Shown here one piece after another: positions 1-7,686 of a stretch of 64,000 bases of DNA; the stretch's first letter is position 1, and each line of letters opens with the position of its first letter. The stretch spans positions 64,001 to 128,000 of IMG/VR virus record IMGVR_UViG_3300031760_000001; one strand, given 5' to 3'. The notes below the pieces were generated by a model, which saw only the letters and a program-made list of their open reading frames with translations, was not told the origin of the DNA and ran no database searches. This stretch comes from a virus. Lineage: Duplodnaviria; Caudoviricetes. Both the position numbers and the translations under genes were made by a program.

Positions 1-2
1 TT

Positions 3-536
3 CTTTAATTGTTCCCCGATATTATTATATGCAACTTCACCAAACTCATCCAACGCGGAATCGTTTTGTAATGGCAAGTGACCCCAATATCCTTCATTCA
101 GTATATTATATCTATATATATTAGCATGTCTTGATAAATCACCCGAATCTTTCCTTGACCCCTTATAAACAAGTTTTATTGCAGTAGTTGGTATCGGGTT
201 GTCATATACAAAACACCCCTTCATATGTGTATCAGGGTCTGGGTTTAGATGTGTTTTATCTAATTGTTTAGTATCAACTGCATATATATCATCATCATAT
301 GTGCTATCATATTCACCAAACTCATTATAATCATACAGAAAAACATATGGTTTTAAACCATCCTGGTCATCCCAATGGGCTTTATATGAATATCCAACAG
401 AAGGTATCAATCCATTCTTTAAAATAGATTTTCTTACTGACACAGGTGCTTTGTGGTATAAAATACCAACATTATTTTCATACCCTTCCAATATGTTTGA
501 AATCAAATTTTTTACTTGTATATCTGTTAATTCCAT
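3..536 (-). CDS. ADP-ribosyltransferase-fold (Tpt1/KptA-like) domain protein, 3'-partial (runs off window)
   Basis: Not in the ORF track. Manual translation from ATG 536: MELTDIQVKNLISNILEGYENNVGILYHKAPVSVRKSILKNGLIPSVG...PYVFL...IYAVD...FVYDNPIP; the LYH-x7-SILKNGLxP pattern is typical of ART-fold domains; open to the window edge. Confidence 0.6.
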   Translation of the reverse strand, partial: MELTDIQVKNLISNILEGYENNVGILYHKAPVSVRKSILKNGLIPSVGYSYKAHWDDQDGLKPYVFLYDYNEFGEYDSTYDDDIYAVDTKQLDKTHLNPDPDTHMKGCFVYDNPIPTTAIKLVYKGSRKDSGDLSRHANIYRYNILNEGYWGHLPLQNDSALDEFGEVAYNNIGEQLK

Positions 537-539
537 AAT

Positions 540-3500
540 CTATTTTTTAGGTTTAAATCTTTTTGCAAATGTCCCACATGACCAAGCCCAGTCATATTTG
601 TCAATATCCGATACTGGAATCCACTTAAACTTCGTGTTTTCCTCGTCACCCTCGCCTGGTTTATAATCACTTGTCTTTCCTGGCAAATATATCTTGAAAT
701 TGGTACCCCACTCTTCCTTGCTTGCCAGTACCAAATCCTTCTTGTCAAACTTAATCCCAGATTCCTCCTCACATTCCCTGATAGCACCATCCTCTGGAGA
801 TTCGTATTTGTGCCTGTGACCCATAGGCGGATTCATTTTACCACCCTCGTCATCCCATTCATTCTTAATTCTCTTAGCTGCAAGGATACACCATTCGTCT
901 TTATTGTTTTTAGCATAGGCATACACTGCAGATGACTTTCTACCATCCTCACCAGTGACAGCCTCGGACAATATACTATATACTATGTTGTTAACCATCT
1001 CATTCAACCCTGGCTGCTGCTGTATGGGTTCTTCAGTTTCGTAATCACACAACACACCATCCTTTCGCATTAAATACTTTTTATCATTTAATTTAACCAA
1101 AGCCAACCCTCCATAGAAATCACTACACACATCATACCACTGGTTACTTAATAACTGACCGTTATCCTGTCGTACCCAATTATATTCACCATATAATTTA
1201 ACCCTAGCCAACCCTTCATGGAAACCCCAACACGCATCATACTCCTGATTATTTAATAACTGTCCATTATCCGCACGTACCCAATTGAATCCAGTAATTA
1301 ATTCAACCACAGCCAAGCCTTCACTGAAACCCCAACAATAATCATACCACTTGTCACTTAATAACTGACCGTTATCACGTCGTACCCAATTATATTTACT
1401 ACTTAAATTAATCACAGCCAACCCTTCATTGAAATCACCACACCCATCATACCACTTGTCACTGAATAACTGTCCGTTATCCTGTCTTAACCAATTCCAT
1501 TTACTACTTAATCTAACCTTAACCAACCCTTCACGGAAATCGCCAACATATTTAAACACGTCTTTAGGAGATTCGCCGTTCCTTAGTCTGTTCATTGCAT
1601 CGTCAACAATCCCCTGCCATTTTCCGTTCGGTTTGAACACCTCAAAGAAATTCCTCCCAATAACCTGGCTTATCTGTTTGACATTCATTATGTTGTCGTC
1701 ACCACCATTGTCATGGTTCCACCTGCATGTGCAGGTGTTCAACCTGCCGCTTTCATCAACGCTGACGGCAATCATCGACAAGCCGTAACTGTCCAACGGA
1801 CAACCTTCACCCACTTGTTCAGGTTCGTTCTCAAATCCGTTCCTCAAACAGAAATAGAACTGTCCTAAACCATTGGATGTGTACGAGTCAAGCATATTTT
1901 CGTCATGTGTCACACACCATGAGGTATATTGTCCATATTGTGAAGCTTGTTCAAAATTGTCAATTCTGACGATTTGGTAGTCACCATTCTCCGTAAACTG
2001 CATATTACCAAGTTCTTCACGTTCCTGGTCATCCATTTGTTTCATCGCAGTAGAAAAACGCTGTATGACATCCTGTGCCGACATGCCGTTAAGATTGCGG
2101 TCGTATTCGTTGAAATGACCCTGTGTCAGGAGTTTAAGTGTCTTGTTGAGATTCTGTATCGTGGAGGCATCGGTCAACTGTTTATCAAGGAACATCCTGG
2201 TCACACCCAGGATGAACTTTGCAGCGTTCTTGTCCCTGAGGACTGGCAAATCGTTTCGCAAATCCACACGGATGAATTTGTCAGCCTCTTCAGCCGACTT
2301 TCCCGTGCGCTGCATGAACAGACGTTTTGCTGCGTCGATGGATTTGCTTTCCTGACTCTCGTTAAGAGTGTATGGGTTGCCACCAACTGATTTTATATCT
2401 TTCTTTTTCTTTCTTACACTGATGCCACCGAACAACGGTTGCACAAACTCACCGCTTCCGAAACCGTTTCCGTCAACGCCAGAACAGCTTGCGGCTCCGC
2501 CACCAGCGGCACCTTCTTCGTCGAGTTTATTATCCTCTATTTTCTCGTTATATATTTCAACCGCATCGTCAAGGTATTTACCCATCCCATATTTCGGATT
2601 GCCAGCTTGGTTGATAAATCCCATAGTCAACGGAGAAGCTTTGGCAATTCTGAGGGAGTCACACATAGGGTCATGTTCAAAAAGATTTTCATTAATCTTT
2701 CCTTCAACATCAGGGAACAACATGTCATACAAAGCATCAAGCTTTTCATTGAAACGTTCCTTTGGGACTGAATATTTCACAATCATCTTAGCGGTGTGCG
2801 GATTCCCCTCGGCATCGTGGTCGTCGATTGCCATTTTCTTGGTAATGACCTTATTATCTACCAAAGCCTTGATTAATTTATTTTTATCCAAACCATTCTG
2901 AGTGAATATCATATCAGGCTCAGCACCTGTCGGGTCTTCCAACAATGCAGCCAAGAATTTCTTGATATTCGCTTTGAATTTGAACTGAGTCATTGTAAGT
3001 AAGTCTTTCAACTCACCAGCAATATCCTCGTTTATAATTATAATTCTATTTTTGTTCGTTGTTTCCGAAACTTTTTTATTACCATACGGATTTCTCGGAT
3101 GTCTATCACTTGCCTCGCCATTATTAACCAATTCGTAAGGAACTACATCATATATTTCAAACCCATTAACTGTGTTGGGATTAAAAAAGACATATCCTTT
3201 ATCGGTGGTGACTCTATAGTAACCACCATAAAAACCATCACAACTATATACTAAATATGGAAATTTCTGTAAATTAAACGCATATATCTCAAACGGTTGT
3301 CTATTTTCCCTACTATTTTGAGTATCTTGTACTTTAATGAACTGACCAGCGCATATTGATATTTCAAATTTAGGGCGGTCAAAAACAATTCTGTAAGCAG
3401 ATTCATAAATTATTGCAATATTAAAACCCGCCTCTGTCAATATGATAGCAAAAACATCTCTATCAAACTCATATACCTCACAAGCCTTAACCCATTCATC

Positions 3501-4793
3501 TAAAATTTCATTTCCGTTAATTGTGTATACAATATTGAATAATTTATTCTCATTCATTACCACAACATAACATGTACTACGTGTCTGCATAACTTTATTA
3601 TACCACTTATCTGTTATAACTCGTGGCGTGCCATATGTACATGACATAACAGTAGTTTTGTTATTTTTATTTAAAAAAATAATACCATTACGATAATCTA
3701 CATCATCATATAAATCTTCAATTAATAGTTCGCCATCATTACCGCATATAATGTATTTTGGCTTATTCATGTCATCATTTTCATAACGGAACGCAAAATA
3801 TTTTAACCCATCATTATACACACTATCTAAATCTATATATCCACCCTCTTCCTCATCATCATACTCATCTACATCAGTATCAAATAAAGGCACTAAATCA
3901 TCATCATCGGCTGTAATTGAATACCATCCGCAATATCTATCGCGAAACTCATTAATAGCCTCCGAAATAATCATTTTTCTTTTGTTAGCCAACTCTTCTT
4001 CAGTATAAGGAATAAATGTCTGATAAAAACCACGACCAATTATTTGTTCAAGCTGCTGTGGTGTCATAATGTTATCATTTCCACCATTTTCGTGATTCCA
4101 TCTACAAGTAATGGTGTTTGGACTACCGTCTTCATTAACACTAACAGCTATCATAGATAATCCATAACTATCTAACGGGCAATTTTCACCAGGCTGTTGC
4201 GGTTCATTTTCAAACCCATTTTTTAAACAAAAATAGAATAACCCCAACCCATTATTTGTATACGAATTATATGCACCTTCATCTTGTGTTACACACCATG
4301 AAGTATAATCACCATATTGGCTTGAAACCTCGAAATTAGGGACTTTTACAATATTGTATTCATTGTTTTGTGTATATGTTCTACTAGCCGATAATTCCTT
4401 TTCACGTGCGATATCGTTTGTTATTACACCAGAAAACCTCTTAATAAGGTCATTTGCCGACAAATTATTAAGGTTATAATCATATTCATCAACATGTGCA
4501 TTACTACCAATATAGCGTAATGTTTTATTGAATTGCATAATTGTATTAGCATCAGTAAATTGGTCGTCAATAAACATTCTTGTTATACCAGACAGAAACT
4601 TACATGCAGCAATCCTAGAATTGGGAATATCATGCCTTATACCATCTATAATATTCTGTGCTTGTTCTTGCGAATAACCCTTTGAAATACAGTATTTCCT
4701 AGCAAGATTTATATTTTTGCTTTCCCTGTTTTCAAATATTAAATGCTTTATTTGATTACCAATTTCCTCATTTATGATTATAATCTTTGACAT
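540..4793 (-). CDS. Modular polyprotein (1417 aa): WC-motif domain x2, WG-type beta repeats, central core, C-terminal NUDIX hydrolase
   Basis: Duplicated ~240-aa domain (YG.YTSWCVT...CPLDSYGLSMIAVSV...CRWNH.NGG); 35-aa WG-like repeats; exact NUDIX box GHRHKYESPEDGAIRECEEESGI. Confidence 0.8.
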   Translation of the reverse strand: MSKIIIINEEIGNQIKHLIFENRESKNINLARKYCISKGYSQEQAQNIIDGIRHDIPNSRIAACKFLSGITRMFIDDQFTDANTIMQFNKTLRYIGSNAHVDEYDYNLNNLSANDLIKRFSGVITNDIAREKELSASRTYTQNNEYNIVKVPNFEVSSQYGDYTSWCVTQDEGAYNSYTNNGLGLFYFCLKNGFENEPQQPGENCPLDSYGLSMIAVSVNEDGSPNTITCRWNHENGGNDNIMTPQQLEQIIGRGFYQTFIPYTEEELANKRKMIISEAINEFRDRYCGWYSITADDDDLVPLFDTDVDEYDDEEEGGYIDLDSVYNDGLKYFAFRYENDDMNKPKYIICGNDGELLIEDLYDDVDYRNGIIFLNKNNKTTVMSCTYGTPRVITDKWYNKVMQTRSTCYVVVMNENKLFNIVYTINGNEILDEWVKACEVYEFDRDVFAIILTEAGFNIAIIYESAYRIVFDRPKFEISICAGQFIKVQDTQNSRENRQPFEIYAFNLQKFPYLVYSCDGFYGGYYRVTTDKGYVFFNPNTVNGFEIYDVVPYELVNNGEASDRHPRNPYGNKKVSETTNKNRIIIINEDIAGELKDLLTMTQFKFKANIKKFLAALLEDPTGAEPDMIFTQNGLDKNKLIKALVDNKVITKKMAIDDHDAEGNPHTAKMIVKYSVPKERFNEKLDALYDMLFPDVEGKINENLFEHDPMCDSLRIAKASPLTMGFINQAGNPKYGMGKYLDDAVEIYNEKIEDNKLDEEGAAGGGAASCSGVDGNGFGSGEFVQPLFGGISVRKKKKDIKSVGGNPYTLNESQESKSIDAAKRLFMQRTGKSAEEADKFIRVDLRNDLPVLRDKNAAKFILGVTRMFLDKQLTDASTIQNLNKTLKLLTQGHFNEYDRNLNGMSAQDVIQRFSTAMKQMDDQEREELGNMQFTENGDYQIVRIDNFEQASQYGQYTSWCVTHDENMLDSYTSNGLGQFYFCLRNGFENEPEQVGEGCPLDSYGLSMIAVSVDESGRLNTCTCRWNHDNGGDDNIMNVKQISQVIGRNFFEVFKPNGKWQGIVDDAMNRLRNGESPKDVFKYVGDFREGLVKVRLSSKWNWLRQDNGQLFSDKWYDGCGDFNEGLAVINLSSKYNWVRRDNGQLLSDKWYDYCWGFSEGLAVVELITGFNWVRADNGQLLNNQEYDACWGFHEGLARVKLYGEYNWVRQDNGQLLSNQWYDVCSDFYGGLALVKLNDKKYLMRKDGVLCDYETEEPIQQQPGLNEMVNNIVYSILSEAVTGEDGRKSSAVYAYAKNNKDEWCILAAKRIKNEWDDEGGKMNPPMGHRHKYESPEDGAIRECEEESGIKFDKKDLVLASKEEWGTNFKIYLPGKTSDYKPGEGDEENTKFKWIPVSDIDKYDWAWSCGTFAKRFKPKK
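1091..1550 (-). repeat. 105-bp tandem repeats (~4.4 copies) encoding WG-like repeats
   Basis: Units start at about 1091, 1196, 1301, 1406 and 1511 and share agccaaccct / atcataccac / ataactg.cc.ttatc / cgtacccaat. Confidence 0.9.
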
Positions 4794-4800
4794 TTTAAAT

Positions 4801-5046
4801 TTACTTTTTCTTAATCATTGTTTTCCAGAATGATTTCTTCAACCACATATTTTCAATAAATTCTGCCACAACATCAACGGCTATGTTATGAACCTTCTTC
4901 TCAAAGTCCTTGCTCTTCATATAGTCCTCAATCTGGCTTTCAACCTGGCTTCTTGTCATATCCTCATTGAGTGGCATAATCTTCTTGAGGCATTCCATCA
5001 CCATCAGGTTAATATCGTTTTCTGTTATGCTGATTTTCTTGTTCAT
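4801..5046 (-). CDS. Small putative virion/head-associated protein
   Basis: 81-aa ORF with KISITENDINLMVMECL...PLNED motif; TATTTAT upstream. Confidence 0.55.
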   Translation of the reverse strand: MNKKISITENDINLMVMECLKKIMPLNEDMTRSQVESQIEDYMKSKDFEKKVHNIAVDVVAEFIENMWLKKSFWKTMIKKK

Positions 5047-5090
5047 GATATAACTAATATATAATAATAAATATTAATTAACAATAAAAA

Positions 5091-5115
5091 AAGAGCCATA
5101 TCAAATATGACTCTT
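5091..5115 (-). terminator. Intrinsic terminator
   Basis: AAGAGTCATA-TTTGA-TATGGCTCTT followed by a T-run on the minus strand. Confidence 0.7.
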
Positions 5116-5140
5116 GAAAAAACATGTTTTACTGAAAAAA

Positions 5141-5740
5141 TTAGTCTAAATCATCGCCTGGAACAATGCCATATTCACCCATTATATCATCACCCCAGCC
5201 ATAACTTTCCTGCATTGGCTGCTGTTGTGGCTGTTCCTGTGCCTCCGCACCCTGGTCACCAACAGGTGCACCGCCGTTTGCCTGTCCCTGGGTATTGTTC
5301 TGTACATCCTCTGGGTCTCTGTAATTCGACGGTCTGCAGTCCTCTGACTTGGAAATCTCGTCACGCCAGTTCTTGCACACACCATTTACTTTACTCAATG
5401 TCTGGATAGTCTTGTCTGAAATTGGCATATATGGGTTTGACCACACATAACAGCCAGCGCCGTCACCGACTTTGTATCTGAACTGGAACTTAGCGTCGTT
5501 CATTTCTGGAATTACACCACTTAATGTAATGTCACCGTCACTTGGATAATAAAGCATCGGGTTCTTAATCTGGTTGAAATCAGCGCCAAACTCCTGTTTT
5601 GCTGCTGCCAGCACATTGGTCATCAAAGTGTCCTGTGCTGAATATGGGATAGCGTCATTGTTATCCTTTGGGTCATTGTTTCTGTCATTGGCTTCCCTGA
5701 GAAGTCTGAATGACTCATAAATGTCTTGTAAATTGTTCAT
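5141..5740 (-). CDS. Hypothetical protein, putative virion protein
   Basis: 199-aa ORF; N-terminal IYESFRLLREA; Q-rich linker. Confidence 0.6.
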   Translation of the reverse strand: MNNLQDIYESFRLLREANDRNNDPKDNNDAIPYSAQDTLMTNVLAAAKQEFGADFNQIKNPMLYYPSDGDITLSGVIPEMNDAKFQFRYKVGDGAGCYVWSNPYMPISDKTIQTLSKVNGVCKNWRDEISKSEDCRPSNYRDPEDVQNNTQGQANGGAPVGDQGAEAQEQPQQQPMQESYGWGDDIMGEYGIVPGDDLD

Positions 5741-5766
5741 TTCTATATATTGTATATGTCTTCTTA

Positions 5767-6648
5767 TTAATCATAACTTACACCCATTGAAGTGGTCACA
5801 TATGTGATTTTGGTCGGCTGGGCATTGTTCTGTTTGGAGAAATCAACCCTCAGGTTTTCAACATTCAGAATAGGCTGCTTAGGTTCCTCTTTCTCATCTT
5901 CTTCTTTCCCAACTTCTGCTTTCTTTTCCTCGACTTTCGGATAGACAGCATTCTTGGTCTCATCAAGCATTTCTGAAACAACGTTCTTAATATCTTCCTG
6001 TGCTTCACTTGTCAGTCCAAGGTCTCTCCATTTTTCCTCTGGGGTCTTTTCCTCTAAAATAACTTTCACTGCCTCATTAACACTTTCAATATTGAACTCA
6101 CTGTAGTACTCAGGGTTCACTTCCTTGTCAGCATATTTGGAATCAATTCCATTTACAATAGTTTCAACATCTTCAACTGGCAAATATGGTCCCATAATAG
6201 GTTCGTTATTCCTGGTTTCTTTTTGTTCATTAATAGTCTTCTCAATCTCATCCGCAACCCTAATATTCTCTTCTGTTATCTGTTGACTGAGAATTTCATT
6301 AAGTTCAGCCTCGGCATCTATTAATTTATTTTCATCAGTCTTCTTGGTTTTTGGTGTGGTCTTTTTCTTGTTTGTGGTTTTCTTTTTCTTCTCTTCCTTC
6401 GGTAAGCTTAATGTGCAGTTTTCTGACTGCTGTGCAAACTCATCCAAAGTTTCCTTCTCTGTTTTCTTTTTCTTGGTTGTCTTTTTTGCATTATCTTCCT
6501 TCTTTGGTTCTTCAGTGAATGTCTCACCAACTACCGTATCAAGAAACTCGTCAACAACCCCAGTGCTTTCAACCTTTTTCTTGGTTTTCTTGGTTGTTGC
6601 TCTCTTCTCTGTTGTATCCGTCTTAGCTGTTTTTTTACTAGTTGCCAT
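5767..6648 (-). CDS. Low-complexity protein, Lys/Thr-rich N-terminus and acidic C-terminus
   Basis: 293 aa with repeated KKTTKKK tracts. Confidence 0.65.
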   Translation of the reverse strand: MATSKKTAKTDTTEKRATTKKTKKKVESTGVVDEFLDTVVGETFTEEPKKEDNAKKTTKKKKTEKETLDEFAQQSENCTLSLPKEEKKKKTTNKKKTTPKTKKTDENKLIDAEAELNEILSQQITEENIRVADEIEKTINEQKETRNNEPIMGPYLPVEDVETIVNGIDSKYADKEVNPEYYSEFNIESVNEAVKVILEEKTPEEKWRDLGLTSEAQEDIKNVVSEMLDETKNAVYPKVEEKKAEVGKEEDEKEEPKQPILNVENLRVDFSKQNNAQPTKITYVTTSMGVSYD

Positions 6649-6664
6649 AATATATTATAAATAT

Positions 6665-6853
6665 TTATCTATTATTTTTTCTTGTCGCTTTTTCTATTTC
6701 AATGCTAGCTTCTATAATTTTCTTCATTAGAATTTCATCCCATTCACTATCTTCAGGACGTGGCGGATAATGTCCATTCTTACCAAAACAACCGTCAATA
6801 ATTGTTCGGTCATTGGTTTCACCCAAATATGGTGCAAATACAAATCCTTCCAT
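6665..6853 (-). CDS. Hypothetical protein
   Basis: 62-aa ORF whose start overlaps the sigma stop codon. Confidence 0.5.
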   Translation of the reverse strand: MEGFVFAPYLGETNDRTIIDGCFGKNGHYPPRPEDSEWDEILMKKIIEASIEIEKATRKNNR

Positions 6854-7533
6854 TAATACAATTCCTTAAATTCAGCATAACAGTTATTGCTCATAGCTTT
6901 AAATTGAAGTTTTTCGATTGACTCGTCCTTAATCTGTCTCACACGCTCCTGTGTCAATCCCATTTCCTCACCAATTTCATCCAAAGTCTTCTCTTGGGTA
7001 TTGTTTAAACCGAAATATGCCTGTAGCACCCTGTATTCACGTTTTGTCAGACAAGACAAAAGTTCATCAATCGCATTCGACCTGCTTTGGATGTCGTGAA
7101 CCTCGTCCTCGAATTCTGTGTTAATCAATTCACTGGTGGTCTCTTCATCAAAGATGTAGTCGTCAACATTGGTGAACTCCTTATCTATGTTGTTGTTCTG
7201 CACATATAACTGGATTGCCTGTGTTATCCACGGTCTTGCACAGGTTATGAACTTCGTTCCCCTGTCTGGGTCAAACTTTTTAGCTGCCCTGATAAGACCA
7301 AGATTGCCTTCTGATATCAAATCGTAAAGTGGCAAACCTGTCCAGGCATATTTCTTGGCAATCGTTACCACGTATTTCAGATTGGCTTCAACCAACTCGT
7401 TAAGAGCCTTGTTGTCGCCGTCCTGTATCCTCAACGCCAACTCGCGTTCCGTTTCCCTGGATAATCCCTTACCCTTCTTTAATGTTCCGCAATACTTTGC
7501 TAAATCATTGAAATTTTCATCATAATAATTCAT
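6853..7533 (-). CDS. Phage-encoded sigma70-family RNA polymerase sigma factor
   Basis: Region 2 (LVEANLKYVVTIAKKY...DLISEGNLGLIRAAKKFDPDRGTKF) and region 4 HTH (TLDEIGEEMGLTQERVRQI). Confidence 0.92.
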   Translation of the reverse strand: MNYYDENFNDLAKYCGTLKKGKGLSRETERELALRIQDGDNKALNELVEANLKYVVTIAKKYAWTGLPLYDLISEGNLGLIRAAKKFDPDRGTKFITCARPWITQAIQLYVQNNNIDKEFTNVDDYIFDEETTSELINTEFEDEVHDIQSRSNAIDELLSCLTKREYRVLQAYFGLNNTQEKTLDEIGEEMGLTQERVRQIKDESIEKLQFKAMSNNCYAEFKELY

Positions 7534-7568
7534 TTTTGTAAGTTAGACAATATTTTTATTCATACCTA

Positions 7569-7579
7569 TAATATACAAA
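7569..7579 (-). promoter_or_regulatory. Class A promoter motif TTTGTATATTA (with TTGTTA 17 nt upstream of TATATT)
   Basis: Identical 11-mer at 8 gene-upstream sites. Confidence 0.7.
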
Positions 7580-7613
7580 TTTTTTGTTAAATTAACAAAA
7601 AAAAAGTAAGAAA

Positions 7614-7628
7614 TATTTATATGTAATA
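7614..7628 (+). promoter_or_regulatory. Class B (putative late) motif TATTTAT within TATTTATATGTAATA
   Basis: The same 15-mer lies upstream of paralog 21435..22610. Confidence 0.55.
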
Positions 7629-7686
7629 TTAAGAATAAATAACATTTAATTTAATAATAATTAAACAAAATCTAGATTTAAAAATT

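Noticed and set aside
1091-1550. CRISPR-like array
   Set aside because: Repeats are in-frame coding units of 105 bp without unique spacers; the same applies to the 78-bp and 21/39-bp repeats
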